From: Candidatus Eiseniibacteriota bacterium | Lineage (GTDB): Bacteria; Eisenbacteria; RBG-16-71-46; SZUA-252 | Assembly: GCA_016880395.1 (NCBI GenBank) | Contig: JAEHDN010000033.1 | Coordinates: 1 to 35,014, forward strand | Reading direction: 5' to 3' | DNA length: 35,014 bases | Part shown: positions 15,760-25,739 of the stretch, in pieces | Numbering within the stretch: position 1 is the first letter of the stretch | How the letters are laid out: each line of letters starts with the position of its first letter | Translations under genes and position numbers: made by a program | The notes under the pieces: generated by a model | Told to the model about the DNA's origin: nothing | What the model saw: only the letters and a program-made list of their open reading frames with translations | The model's database searches: none

Positions 15760-17580
15760 TCAGCTCCTCACCGCGACCGGGTAGATGTCGAGCGCCTCGT
15801 TCCACTCGGCCAGCTTGGCGATCCGCTGGGTTCGATCCGCGGGGAGCACGAAGGGTTGGCGGCCACGGGCGTCGAGGATCACCCCGACGATCCCACCGCG
15901 GAGGGTCACCGAGCGCTCCTTCCCCTTGCCGGCCCCGACGTCGAGGCCACGGTCGGGGCGGAGCACGGCGTTCACCGTCTGCCCGTCGGGAACGGGGATC
16001 AGCTTCAGCTGGCCGAAGGGAACCGACACCTCCTCCTTCCGACCGTCCGCGTACTCGAGCGCTGCCCGGAGCGCCACCGTCCCCTCCTTGCACGGCCCCA
16101 CCGGTGCGACGCTCGACCCGAGCCGGATCAGGCAATCCTTCTCGAAGACGTGTTTCGCGGCCTCCGGGTGTACGGTCGAGAGGACGCCGAGCTGGGGCAT
16201 CATGAAGATGGAGTCGACCGCCAGCTCCGTCACGTGCTCGGGCAGGAACGCGTCGAGCATCATGAGGGCGGACTGGGCGCGGCGCGGCGCATGCGACAGC
16301 ACGCCGCCGCTCCCCACGAGCAGGTCGAGATGGTCGAGCCGCACGAGCGAGGCGCCACTCCCGGTCTGCTCGAACGTGTCGGAAATCGTCCGCTCCTGCT
16401 GCACGCCCTTCAGCCCCACGGCGAGCATCTTGTGCTGGTCGAACGCGAGCCGGAGCGCTTCCCGCGCGATCGCCTGCTCGATCACCAGCTCGTCCAGGGT
16501 CTGCGGGATCGTCGTCGGGCGGATCATCTTGTTCTTGATCCGGTTCCTGAGATCCGGCTCGCTGATCTCGAAGGGGACCCACCGGAGGATGTTCGGCAGC
16601 CCAGCCTCGGCGAGAACGTTCGAGACGCTGTAGGACATCCCGAGGTTCGCGCTCACGGTGCGGTTGAAGACGCCCTGGAAGACGGAGAAGACGTCCGTGG
16701 TCGCGCCGCCGATGTCCACGCCGAGGACGTTGATCTTCTCGTCCCTGGCGATCGTCTCCATGATGAGGCCGACCGCGCCGGGCGTCGGCATGATGGGGAC
16801 CGGCGACCAGGTCATGAGCTTCTTGTACCCGGGCGCGTGCGCCATGACGTGCTCCATGAAGAGGTCGTGGATCTTGTCGCGCGCCGGCGTGAGGTTCTCG
16901 CGCTCGAGCACGGGCCGGAGGTTGTCCGTCACCACGAGCGCCGTCTTCGAGGCCAGCCGCTCCTCGACGATCGACCGGGCGTCCTTGTTCCCCGCGTAGA
17001 TCACGGGCAGCTCGTAGCCGGCGCCGAGGCGCGCCTTCGGATCCGCCGCCGCCAGCAGCTCCGCCATCTCGGCGACGTGCGAGGTCGTGCCGCCGTCGAT
17101 CCCTCCCGAGAGGAGGATCATGTCGGGCCGGAGCTGGCGGATCCGCTTGATCTTCTCGTGCGGGAGCCGTCCGTCGTTGCTCGCGATGACGTCCATCACG
17201 ATCGCCCCCGCGCCGAGCGCCGCGCGCTGCGCGCTCTCGCCCGTCATGCTCTTCACGACGCCGGAGACCATCATCTGGAGCCCGCCCCCCGCGCTCGATG
17301 TCGAGATGTAGAGATCGACCCCCTCGTTCCCCTTCTGGGGCGTGAGTATCCGCTCACCATCGAGCAGCTTCCGACCCGCCAGCTCCTCGACCTCCATGAT
17401 GGCGTTGAGCACCCCGCGGGTGACGTCCTCGAAGGGAGCCTCGACCGTGGTGGGCGCCTCGCCGCGCACGATGAGGCGATACTCGCCGCCTCGGCGCTCG
17501 ATCAGGATCGCCTTGGTGGTCGTGCTGCCGCAGTCGGTCGCGAGAATCGAGTTCAGCTCGTCGGGCTTCGGAAGGGTCAC
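15760..17580 (-). CDS. GlmL/MutL-like ASKHA-fold ATPase (glutamate mutase L family-like)
   Basis: 606 aa. It has two actin/HSP70-type phosphate motifs, ILATDCGSTTTKAIL and VLGVDIGGATTDVFSV, plus LLSGGIDGG. The layout resembles GlmL/MutL-type accessory proteins. The start GTG overlaps the upstream stop (GTGA). Confidence 0.65.
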   Translation of the reverse strand: MTLPKPDELNSILATDCGSTTTKAILIERRGGEYRLIVRGEAPTTVEAPFEDVTRGVLNAIMEVEELAGRKLLDGERILTPQKGNEGVDLYISTSSAGGGLQMMVSGVVKSMTGESAQRAALGAGAIVMDVIASNDGRLPHEKIKRIRQLRPDMILLSGGIDGGTTSHVAEMAELLAAADPKARLGAGYELPVIYAGNKDARSIVEERLASKTALVVTDNLRPVLERENLTPARDKIHDLFMEHVMAHAPGYKKLMTWSPVPIMPTPGAVGLIMETIARDEKINVLGVDIGGATTDVFSVFQGVFNRTVSANLGMSYSVSNVLAEAGLPNILRWVPFEISEPDLRNRIKNKMIRPTTIPQTLDELVIEQAIAREALRLAFDQHKMLAVGLKGVQQERTISDTFEQTGSGASLVRLDHLDLLVGSGGVLSHAPRRAQSALMMLDAFLPEHVTELAVDSIFMMPQLGVLSTVHPEAAKHVFEKDCLIRLGSSVAPVGPCKEGTVALRAALEYADGRKEEVSVPFGQLKLIPVPDGQTVNAVLRPDRGLDVGAGKGKERSVTLRGGIVGVILDARGRQPFVLPADRTQRIAKLAEWNEALDIYPVAVRS

Positions 17581-17870
17581 GAGGATTCCTTTCGTCGGTT
17601 CCGCTCGGCGTCGCGCTCCGCGCGGCGTCGCGCCTTGTCTGCCCGCTCCTCGGCGCGCGTCGCCTCGTCCCGCGCCTCGATCTTCACGAGGAGCGTCTCG
17701 AGGGTGTCGCGCCGCTCCACGAGGGCGGCGAATCGTTCGTAGTCCGGAACCGAGACGAAGGCCCGGACCATCGGTTCGAAAAAGTAGAGCGCCTGGCTCC
17801 CCACGAACGAAAGGGGTTTGACGCTCTCGAGCGTCAGGATCGCGGGCACCGTCATGCGGAGCGCGACCAC
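17577..17870 (-). CDS. small hypothetical protein with a hydrophobic N-half and a highly charged helical tail
   Basis: 97 aa. The N-half reads ..PAILTLESVKPLSFVGSQALYFFEPMV.. and the tail reads EARDEATRAEERADKARRRAERDAERNRRKE. It is coupled to the ATPase gene by a GTGA overlap. The start is uncertain because the frame is open further upstream without a canonical start. Confidence 0.5.
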   Translation of the reverse strand: MVALRMTVPAILTLESVKPLSFVGSQALYFFEPMVRAFVSVPDYERFAALVERRDTLETLLVKIEARDEATRAEERADKARRRAERDAERNRRKESS

Positions 17871-17976
17871 CCGCTCCGCGATCCGCTGGAGGAGCGCGTC
17901 GTCCTCGGGCGAGAGGCCATGCTGCCCGCTTCCCCCCGGGGGCCCGAACGCCCCGGAGCCCGGCGCGACCGGCCCC

Positions 17977-18432
17977 TCAGGACGCGGCGGCGCCGGACTT
18001 GAGGCGCGCTTCCACGAACGCCACCACTTGATCGCGATTTCCTCCGAACAGGAGCCGGACGCCGCGGTAGGCCTCCAGCCAGCTCCGCCGCTCGAACGGG
18101 CTCAGGAATACGCCCGTCCGGTCCACCGTCATACGCCGCATCTCCGTCCAGGGACGGACGCGGGCCACGCCCAGCGACCGCACCTCGACCGCGTCCTCGG
18201 TCAGCCGGTAGGCGGTGGGAAAGAGAAAGGACGAGAGTGAAGCCAACACGAACAGCGGCGTCGCCACTCCGAGGACGGCATCCTGGGTCCCTCGCGCCAC
18301 GAGCACGCCCAGGACCACGGCCGAGCCGACCAGCACCGCCGCCGCGAGCGGACGCTCGCGGGCCGGCCACGCGGTCCAGCTGAGCGCGCCCCCCGGTGGC
18401 GCCGGGCGGCGCCCGCGATCAGCCTCCGGCAC
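17977..18432 (-). CDS. 2-TM membrane protein with a possible bacterial PH-like (bPH) C-terminal domain
   Basis: 151 aa, with a GTG start overlapping the last codons of gcvPB. It has two hydrophobic helices, then YRLTEDAVEVRSLGVARVRPWTEMRRMTVDRTGVFLSPF, which resembles YdbS/YdbT-type bPH domains. The domain call is tentative. Confidence 0.5.
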   Translation of the reverse strand: MPEADRGRRPAPPGGALSWTAWPARERPLAAAVLVGSAVVLGVLVARGTQDAVLGVATPLFVLASLSSFLFPTAYRLTEDAVEVRSLGVARVRPWTEMRRMTVDRTGVFLSPFERRSWLEAYRGVRLLFGGNRDQVVAFVEARLKSGAAAS

Positions 18433-19888
18433 CCTCGGCCTCGAGATCCTGCCACGAGAGGATGAGCTTGCGCGCTGCCCGAGCCTCGTCCAGCCGGCGG
18501 ACCGGGGTGCGGGTCGGGGCCGCGTGGACGCGGTCCGGATCCTCCGCGCTCTCTCGGTCGATCTGGAGCATCGCGTCCGCGAAGGCGTCGAGGCTCCCCT
18601 TGGTCTCCGTCTCGGTGGGCTCGATCATGAGCGCTTCCTCGACGATGAGCGGGAAGTAGATCGTGGGCGCATGCATGCCGAAATCGAGGAGGCGCTTCGC
18701 GATGTCGAGCGCCTTCACCCCGCGCGCCTTCTGCCGGGACGCGGAGAGGACGAATTCGTGCATGCAGGGGCCCTCGTGGGAGGCCGCGTACGCGTCCTTC
18801 AGTCTGGCCTTCAGGTAGTTCGCGTTGAGGATCGCCTCGCGGCTCGCCTCGCCGATGCCCGAGGCGCCGAGCGAGCGCATGTAGCAGAGCGCCCGCACCA
18901 GAATTCCAAAGTTCCCGTAGTAGGAGTGCACGCGCCCGATGGAGCGCGGCCGGTCGACATTCCACCGGTAGTGGTCACCGTCCTGCTCGAGCACGGGCAT
19001 CGGCAGGTAGGGCTCGAGCTCCTTCCGAACGCAGAGCACGCCTCCCCCCGGGCCGCCGCCGCCGTGGGGGGTCGAAAAGGTCTTGTGGAGATTGATGTGC
19101 GCGAAGTCGAAGCCCATCGCCCCCGGGCTCGCGAGCCCCATCATCGCGTTCAGGTTCGCCCCGTCGAGGTAGAGGAGCGCCCCGGCATCGTGGATGAGCC
19201 GCGCGATGGTGCCGACCTGCCGCTCGAAGATCCCGAGCGTGTTCGGATTCGTCAGCATCATGGCGGCTGTCCGCGGCGAGATCGCCCGCTCGAGCGCGGC
19301 CAGGTCCACGCATCCGTCCGGACCCGAGGGGATCTGGACCACCCGGTACCCGACCTGGTGCACGGTGGACGGGTTCGTTCCGTGCGCGGAGTCGGGGACG
19401 ATGACCTCCTCGCGCGCGTCGCCCCGGTCCGTGTGATAGGCGCGCGCCATGAGCACGGCGGTGAGCTCGCACTGCGCGCCGGCGGCCGGCTGCGTGGTGA
19501 TCCCGGGCATGCCCATGATCGCCCGGAGCCACTCGTGCAGCTCCGCGACCACGGCGAGCGCCCCCTGCACGAGATCATCCGGCTGCATGGGGTGGATCCC
19601 CGCAAAACCCGGGATGCGGGCCATCTCGTCGTTCAGCTTCGGGTTGTATTTCATGGTGCAGGAGCCGAGCGGATAGATGGCCTTGTCGATGTGATGGTTC
19701 AGGGTCGAGAGGTTCACGAAGTGGCGCATGGCCGTGGGCTCGGAGATCTCGGGTAGCGCCGCAGGCTCCTTCCGCACCCGGTCGGCCGGGAGCAGGCGAT
19801 CGATCCCCTGCGCGGGCACGTCGAGCGGCATGAGCCGCGGGCCGCGGTGCCCGGGGACCGACAGCTCGTGGAGGGTCAGCTCCGGCAT
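18419..19888 (-). CDS. gcvPB: glycine dehydrogenase (decarboxylating) subunit 2
   Basis: ATG 19886-19888 gives MPELTLHELSVPGHRG... The PLP-lysine region is HINLHKTFSTPHGGGGPG. The track extension to 20200 runs into gcvPA. Confidence 0.92.
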   Translation of the reverse strand: MPELTLHELSVPGHRGPRLMPLDVPAQGIDRLLPADRVRKEPAALPEISEPTAMRHFVNLSTLNHHIDKAIYPLGSCTMKYNPKLNDEMARIPGFAGIHPMQPDDLVQGALAVVAELHEWLRAIMGMPGITTQPAAGAQCELTAVLMARAYHTDRGDAREEVIVPDSAHGTNPSTVHQVGYRVVQIPSGPDGCVDLAALERAISPRTAAMMLTNPNTLGIFERQVGTIARLIHDAGALLYLDGANLNAMMGLASPGAMGFDFAHINLHKTFSTPHGGGGPGGGVLCVRKELEPYLPMPVLEQDGDHYRWNVDRPRSIGRVHSYYGNFGILVRALCYMRSLGASGIGEASREAILNANYLKARLKDAYAASHEGPCMHEFVLSASRQKARGVKALDIAKRLLDFGMHAPTIYFPLIVEEALMIEPTETETKGSLDAFADAMLQIDRESAEDPDRVHAAPTRTPVRRLDEARAARKLILSWQDLEAEGAGG

Positions 19889-21261
19889 GCGGCCTCCTCC
19901 CGGGGTCTCCCCGCGTGGGCCTTGGCCCACGAGGCGAGCGTGTCGACGTAGCGGTCGAGGTCCTCCCGGCTTCGCTTCTCCGTGACCGCGACGAGCAGGT
20001 GGTTCGGGCGCGTCCGATCGAACCGACCGAGCGGGATGCCCGCGAGGATGCGGCGGTCCAGCGCGGCCCTCGCGAAGGACTCGGCCGGCGCCGGGAGTCG
20101 GAGCACGAGCTCGCGGAAGAAGGGTGCCTCCGCGTGCGCGAGCCGCACGCCGGGGATCTCCCCGATCCGGTCCGCGAGATAGTGCGCCCGCTCCAGGCAC
20201 TGGGTCGCCACGTCGCGGAGTCCCTGCGCCCCGAGGAGTGCGAGGTAGACCGTGTTGGCGAGCGCCATGAGCCCCTGGTTCGTGCAGATGTTGGAGGTCG
20301 CGCGCTCGCGGCGGATGTGCTGCTCGCGGGTCTGGAGGGTGAGCACGTAGCCGCGCTTCCCGTCGAGATCCACGGTCACGCCGGCGAGGCGGCCCGGAAG
20401 GCGGCGCACCTCGGCCTTGCGAATGGCGAAGAAACCGACCAGCGGTCCGCCGTAGCTCATCGGAACGCCGAGCGGCTGCCCCTCTCCGAAGACAACGTCC
20501 GCGCCGTCATGGCCCGGGGGGCGCAGGATCGCGAGCGCCACCGGATCGGCGGCCGCCAGCGAGTAGGCCCCGATCTCGTGGGCGGCCTGCGTCAGCGCGG
20601 CCCCGTCCTCCACCACGCCCTCGAAGTTGGGCTGCGCCCAGATCACGGCGGCGACGTCGTTCCCGGCCGAGGCGATCGGCCCGATCGCGGTGCGGCCGGC
20701 CTCGAGCGGGATCTCCTCGAGCCGGAAACCACCCGCCGACGCGTACGTGCGGAGCACCTCGCGCGTGTGCGGGTGGACGCCGGTCGAGCAGAGTACGCGA
20801 GGGCGCCCCTTTGCGCCTGCCGCGAAGACGGCCGCCTCGACCGCGGCGGTCGCGCCGTCGTAGAGCGAGGCGTTCGCGACCTCCATGCCGGTCAGCTCGC
20901 GGATCATCGACTGGTACTCGAAGATCACCTGCAGCGTGCCCTGCGCGACCTCGGGCTGATAGGGTGTGTAGGCGGTGGCGAACTCGGATCGTGAGACGAT
21001 GGAGCGGAGCGCGGCGGGGATGAAGTGGTCGTAGATGCCGCCGCCCAGGAAGCAGGCGTACCGGCTCGCATCGGCGTTTCGTTCGGCCCACAGCTCGAAG
21101 CGCCGCGCGATCTCGTACTCGGCGAGTGGCGCGGGGAGCGGGAGGGGTCCGGACAAGCGGAACTCCGATGGGATCGAGGCCCAGAGATCCTCTTCCCGCG
21201 GGACGCCGATCCGCTCGAGCATGGCCCGGCGCTCGGCGTCGCTGCGGCCGACGAAGCTCAC
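19876..21261 (-). CDS. gcvPA: glycine dehydrogenase (decarboxylating) subunit 1
   Basis: GTG 21259-21261 overlaps the gcvH stop (GTGA) and gives VSFVGRSDAERRAMLERIGV... The sequence also contains TAYTPYQPEVAQGTLQ, which is typical of GcvPA. Confidence 0.92.
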   Translation of the reverse strand: MSFVGRSDAERRAMLERIGVPREEDLWASIPSEFRLSGPLPLPAPLAEYEIARRFELWAERNADASRYACFLGGGIYDHFIPAALRSIVSRSEFATAYTPYQPEVAQGTLQVIFEYQSMIRELTGMEVANASLYDGATAAVEAAVFAAGAKGRPRVLCSTGVHPHTREVLRTYASAGGFRLEEIPLEAGRTAIGPIASAGNDVAAVIWAQPNFEGVVEDGAALTQAAHEIGAYSLAAADPVALAILRPPGHDGADVVFGEGQPLGVPMSYGGPLVGFFAIRKAEVRRLPGRLAGVTVDLDGKRGYVLTLQTREQHIRRERATSNICTNQGLMALANTVYLALLGAQGLRDVATQCLERAHYLADRIGEIPGVRLAHAEAPFFRELVLRLPAPAESFARAALDRRILAGIPLGRFDRTRPNHLLVAVTEKRSREDLDRYVDTLASWAKAHAGRPREEAACRS

Positions 21262-21644
21262 GCGTGAGCCCCCAGGCTCTTCTCGTAGTCGTCGGCGGAG
21301 AGGAGCGCGTTCACCTCGGCCGGGGACTCGAGGCGGATGCGCACCATCCACCCGTCCTTGTAGGGGGACCGGTTCACGAGCGCCGGATCGTCCTTCAGCG
21401 CGCCGTTGACGGCGACGATCTCGCCCGTGACCGGAGCGAAGAGGTCGCTCACCGTCTTCACGGCGTCGATCGTGCCAAAGGCCTTCATCTGGGCGACGCG
21501 GGTGCCGGGCGCCGGGAGCTCCACGAAGATCACGTCGCCCAGCTCACCCTGCGCGTAGTCGGTCACCCCGACCACGGCTTCCCCGCCCTCGACCTTGATC
21601 CACTCGTGCTCCTTGGTGTAGCGCAGCTCGCGCGGCACGTTCAT
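21258..21644 (-). CDS. gcvH: glycine cleavage system protein H
   Basis: 128 aa starting MNVPRELRYTKEHEWIKVEG. The lipoyl-lysine motif is IDAVKTVSDLFAPVTGEI. An ATGA overlap joins it to gcvT. Confidence 0.95.
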   Translation of the reverse strand: MNVPRELRYTKEHEWIKVEGGEAVVGVTDYAQGELGDVIFVELPAPGTRVAQMKAFGTIDAVKTVSDLFAPVTGEIVAVNGALKDDPALVNRSPYKDGWMVRIRLESPAEVNALLSADDYEKSLGAHA

Positions 21645-22774
21645 TCGGGCCTCCTCGGTTTCGGCGATCGCACGGATCCTTCGCGGTACATCGGGCGCGC
21701 GGTGACCTTCGCGGGCACGGCGTGGCCGCGCGTGACGACCTCCACCCGCTCGCCGGGTGCGGACACCTCGCGCGCGAGATAGGCCATGCCGATCGGCCGT
21801 CCCATCGAGATCCCCATCGAGCCGCTCGTGACCCGTCCCACGGACTGCCCGCCGCGCGTCACGTCGGCACCGGCTCGCGCGATCTTGTCCTCTTCGAGGA
21901 CGAACCCCTGGAGGCGGCGGGAGACGCCGACTTCCTTGGCGCGGCGGAGCGACTCGGCCCCGATGAACTCCTTCTTGTCCCAGCGGACCGTCCAGCCGAG
22001 CCCCGCCTCGACCGGGTTCGTGGTCTCGTCGATGTCGTTCCCGTAGAGGCAGTAGCCCATCTCGAGCCGCAGCGTGTCGCGCGCGCCGAGCCCGATCGGG
22101 CGGATGCCTTCGGGGGCGCCCGCCTCGAACACGCGGTCCCACAGCTCGAGCGCCCGAGGCGCTCGGACGTAGATCTCGAATCCGTCCTCGCCGGTGTAGC
22201 CGGTGCGCGAGACCAGCGTCCAGTCGTCGCCGCTCCCGATCTCGAACCCTTCGTAGAACCCGAGCGCGCGCACCCGGTCGCCGTAGAGGCGCGCGACCAC
22301 GTCCTCGGCGCGGGGCCCCTGCACCGCGAGCTGGGCGGTCTCCGCGTTCTCATCGACCACGGTCACGTCCGGGGGCGCGTGCTCCCGCACCCAGGCGAGG
22401 TCCTTGTCGAAGTTGGCGGCGTTCACGACCAGGAGACGATCGGCGCCGAGGCCGTAGACGAGGAGGTCGTCGATGATCCCGCCGCTCTCGAGGCACATCG
22501 GCGTGTAGACGACCTTTCCGATCGGCATGTCTCCCGCCTCGTTCGTGACGAGGCGGTTGGCGAGCGCGATCGCGCCGCGGCCCGTGAGCCGGATCTCTCC
22601 CATGTGGGACACGTCGAAGACGCCGACGCCGGCCCGGACGGCCTTGTGCTCGGCCATGATGCCCTCGTACTGGATCGGCATCTCGTGGCCGGCAAAGGGG
22701 ACCATCTTGGCTCCGAGAGCCACGTGGCGGGGATGGAACGGGGTGCGTTTCAGCGCGGAGGCGGTTTCGAGCAT
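21641..22774 (-). CDS. gcvT: glycine cleavage system aminomethyltransferase T
   Basis: 377 aa starting LKRTPFHPRHVALGAKMVPFAGHEMPIQY and containing VFDVSHMGE. AAGGAAAGAGG lies upstream of the ATG. Confidence 0.95.
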   Translation of the reverse strand: MLETASALKRTPFHPRHVALGAKMVPFAGHEMPIQYEGIMAEHKAVRAGVGVFDVSHMGEIRLTGRGAIALANRLVTNEAGDMPIGKVVYTPMCLESGGIIDDLLVYGLGADRLLVVNAANFDKDLAWVREHAPPDVTVVDENAETAQLAVQGPRAEDVVARLYGDRVRALGFYEGFEIGSGDDWTLVSRTGYTGEDGFEIYVRAPRALELWDRVFEAGAPEGIRPIGLGARDTLRLEMGYCLYGNDIDETTNPVEAGLGWTVRWDKKEFIGAESLRRAKEVGVSRRLQGFVLEEDKIARAGADVTRGGQSVGRVTSGSMGISMGRPIGMAYLAREVSAPGERVEVVTRGHAVPAKVTARPMYREGSVRSPKPRRPE

Positions 22775-22841
22775 CCTCTTTCCTTTGTGACAGATACGGC
22801 GTCGTTCGGGACGGGCAACCTTAGCACATCCCGGGGGGAAT

Positions 22842-25715
22842 TCAATCGGCGGCCTCGACCCGCGCGGCGCCCCGCGCGGCCGCTTCGAGCGCCGGCTGGA
22901 GCGCCTCCCCAGTATAGGATTCCGGGGTGCGCGCGACTTCCTCGGGCGTTCCTTCCGCGATGATGCGCCCTCCGGCCTCGCCCCCCTCGGGACCGAGATC
23001 CAGGATCCAGTCGGCGCGCTTGATCACGTCGAGGTTGTGCTCGATGACCACGACCGTGTTGCCGCGCTCGGTCAGCCGGTCGAGCACGTCGAGGAGGAAC
23101 CGGACGTCCTCGAAGTGGAGCCCGGTGGTCGGCTCGTCCAGGATGTAGAGCGTGCGTCCGGTCTCGACGCGCGACAGCTCGGTGGCGAGCTTCACACGCT
23201 GCGCCTCGCCTCCCGAGAGGGTCGTGGCCGACTGGCCCAGGTGGATGTAGCCGAGCCCGACGCCGGCGAGCGTTTCGAGCTTCCGGCGGATCGGCGGGAT
23301 CGGGCCGAGCAGCTCGAGCGCGTCGTCCACCGTCATCTCGAGGACGTCGGCGATCGACTTCCCCTTGTAGGTGACTTCCAGCGTCTCCCGGTTGTAGCGC
23401 TTCCCCCCGCAGACGTCGCACACCACGTACACGTCGGGAAGGAAGTGCATCTCGATCTTCACGAGTCCGTCCCCCGCGCACGCCTCGCACCGTCCGCCCT
23501 TCACGTTGAAGCTGAAGCGGCCGGGGAGATAGCCGCGCACCTTCGCCTCGGGCACCTGCGCGAAGAGATCCCGGATGAGCCCGAACACGCCGGTGTACGT
23601 GGCCGGGTTGGACCTCGGAGTGCGCCCGATCGGGGACTGGTCGATCGCGATCACCTTGTCGATCGCCTCCACGCCGAGGATCTTGTCGTGCGCGCCCGGC
23701 GTGTCGAGCGCATGGTGGAGCCGGCGCGCGAGCGCCCGGTGCAGGATGTCGTTCACGAGCGTGCTCTTGCCCGAGCCCGAGACGCCCGTGATACAGATCA
23801 GCGTGCCGAGCGGGAAGCGCGCGCGGATGTTCTTCAGATTGTTGTGACGCGCCCCGACGACCTCGATCCAGGAGCCGTTCCCCGAACGGCGGATCTCGGG
23901 CACGCGGATCTCGCGCGCGCCGGAAAGGTACTGTCCCGTGAGCGAGTGCGGCGCGGCCTCGATCATCGCGAGGGGCCCTTCGGCGACCAGGTAGCCCCCG
24001 CGCCGCCCCGCCCCCGGCCCGAGATCCACGATGTGGTCCGCCGCTTCCATCGTCTCCCGGTCGTGCTCCACGACGAGGACCGAGTTGCCCAGGTTGCGCA
24101 GCGTGAGGAGCGTGTCCAGGAGCTTACGGTTGTCGCGCGGATGGAGCCCGATGCTCGGCTCGTCGAGGATGTAGAGCACGCCGGTGAGCCGGGACCCGAT
24201 CTGCGTGGCGAGCCGGATGCGCTGCGCTTCCCCTCCGGAGAGGGTCGACGCCGTCCGGTCGAGCGTGAGATACCCGACCCCCACGTTCAGCAGGAACTCC
24301 AGTCGAGCCCGCAGCTCCTTCAGGATGGGGCCGGCGATCGACGCCTCGCGCGGAGCGAGCGCGAGGCCCTCGAGCGATTGGAGCGCCGCCTCCACGGACC
24401 GACCGACCCAGCCCGCGATCGAGTCGCCTCCCACGCGGACCGCGAGCGATTCGGGACGGAGCCTCGCTCCGCCGCACGCCGGGCAGGGCTTCTTGGCCAT
24501 GCACCCCTCGATATCGCGCCGCACGGACTCGGATTTGGTGTCCTTGTAGCGGCGCATCATCTCGGGGATCACGCCCCGGAAGCGCCCGTGGTGGGACCAG
24601 ACCTTCCCGCTCTTCAGCTTGAACTTGTACTGGAGCTTCTCGTCGCCGAGCCCGAAGAGGATCGTCTTCTGCGCCGCGGCCGGGAGCTTGCCGAAGGGCG
24701 TGTCGAAGGAGACGTCCAGGTGCTTGGCGATCGCGGCGAGGAGCCCCTTCGTCCAGGTCCCCTCGGGGTCGCCCCACCAGGCCACCGCCCCTTCGCGGAG
24801 CGACTTCGAGCGGTCCGGCACGACCCGATCCGGGTCGATCTCGAGCGTCGTCCCGAGCCCGTCGCAGGTCTTGCACGCGCCGTAGGGGCTGTTGAACGAG
24901 AACGAGCGGGGCTGGAGCGGCTCGTAGGAGATCCCGCAGACCGGGCAGACCGCGCTCGCGGAGAGCGTCTCCTCCTCGCCGTTGGCGCCGATTACGAGGG
25001 CCATGCCCTCGGCAAGGCGGGTCGCCGTCTCGAGCGACTCGTGGAGGCGGCTCCGCCGCTCGGGGTCCGCAACGAGTCGGTCGACCACGATCTCGATCGT
25101 GTGCTTGCGTTTCTTGTCGAGCGCGATCTCCTGCTCCAGCTCGACCAGGGCTCCGTCGACGCGGGCGCGCACGAAGCCGAGCTTCCGCCACAGCCCCACT
25201 TCCTTCCTGTACTCCCCCTTCCGGCCGCGGACGACGGGAGCGAGGATCTGCAACCGCTGGCCTCCGCGGGTCTCGAGGAGGTGGTCGACCATCTCCTGGA
25301 CGGTCTGGCTCCGGATGGCGCGGCCGCAGGTGACGCAGTGCTGCACACCGACCCGGGCGAAGAAGAGTCGGAGGTAGTCGTAGATCTCCGTGACGGTCGC
25401 GACGGTCGACCGGGGGTTGCTTCCCGCCGTCCGCTGCTCGATCGAGATGGCCGGCGAGAGACCCTCGATCTGGTCGACATCGGGCTTCTCCATCTGCCCC
25501 AGGAACTGGCGGGCATAAGCCGACAGCGATTCCACGTAGCGCCGCTGCCCTTCGGCGTAGAGCGTATCGAACGCGAGCGAGGACTTGCCGGAGCCGGACA
25601 CGCCGGTCAGCACGACCAGCGCGTTCCGCGGGATGTCGAGGTTGAGGTTCTTGAGGTTGTGCTCGCGGGCGCCGCGAACGCGGATCTCGTCCATGGGAGC
25701 CGAAGATTTTAGCAC
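22842..25715 (-). CDS. uvrA: excinuclease ABC subunit A
   Basis: 957 aa with [13 protein letters not shown], two ABC modules (GVSGSGKSS and GVSGSGKST), [10 protein letters not shown] signatures and zinc-finger cysteines. The start is either GTG 25713-25715 or ATG 25692-25694. Confidence 0.97.
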   Translation of the reverse strand: MLKSSAPMDEIRVRGAREHNLKNLNLDIPRNALVVLTGVSGSGKSSLAFDTLYAEGQRRYVESLSAYARQFLGQMEKPDVDQIEGLSPAISIEQRTAGSNPRSTVATVTEIYDYLRLFFARVGVQHCVTCGRAIRSQTVQEMVDHLLETRGGQRLQILAPVVRGRKGEYRKEVGLWRKLGFVRARVDGALVELEQEIALDKKRKHTIEIVVDRLVADPERRSRLHESLETATRLAEGMALVIGANGEEETLSASAVCPVCGISYEPLQPRSFSFNSPYGACKTCDGLGTTLEIDPDRVVPDRSKSLREGAVAWWGDPEGTWTKGLLAAIAKHLDVSFDTPFGKLPAAAQKTILFGLGDEKLQYKFKLKSGKVWSHHGRFRGVIPEMMRRYKDTKSESVRRDIEGCMAKKPCPACGGARLRPESLAVRVGGDSIAGWVGRSVEAALQSLEGLALAPREASIAGPILKELRARLEFLLNVGVGYLTLDRTASTLSGGEAQRIRLATQIGSRLTGVLYILDEPSIGLHPRDNRKLLDTLLTLRNLGNSVLVVEHDRETMEAADHIVDLGPGAGRRGGYLVAEGPLAMIEAAPHSLTGQYLSGAREIRVPEIRRSGNGSWIEVVGARHNNLKNIRARFPLGTLICITGVSGSGKSTLVNDILHRALARRLHHALDTPGAHDKILGVEAIDKVIAIDQSPIGRTPRSNPATYTGVFGLIRDLFAQVPEAKVRGYLPGRFSFNVKGGRCEACAGDGLVKIEMHFLPDVYVVCDVCGGKRYNRETLEVTYKGKSIADVLEMTVDDALELLGPIPPIRRKLETLAGVGLGYIHLGQSATTLSGGEAQRVKLATELSRVETGRTLYILDEPTTGLHFEDVRFLLDVLDRLTERGNTVVVIEHNLDVIKRADWILDLGPEGGEAGGRIIAEGTPEEVARTPESYTGEALQPALEAAARGAARVEAAD

Positions 25716-25739
25716 ACGAGGGCCGCGATGGCCCCCGGC

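Noticed and set aside
22775-22841. A glycine riboswitch was expected upstream of gcvT.
   Set aside because: Only 67 nt separate the uvrA stop from the gcvT ATG. The stretch contains an SD (AAGGAAAGAGG) and a weak TTGAAT-N16-TAAGGT motif, but none of the conserved glycine-aptamer elements. It is too short for even a single aptamer.
23037-25712. Very long + strand ORFs antisense to conserved genes. Examples are 891 aa opposite uvrA, 954 aa at 25728-28592 opposite the permeases, 664 aa at 15748-17742, 520 aa at 4893-6455 and 496 aa at 8505-9995.
   Set aside because: Their translations are Arg/Asp/His/Pro-rich low-complexity strings with no motifs. Each mirrors a minus-strand gene with unmistakable family signatures. 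Stop-free antisense frames are expected in very GC-rich DNA.
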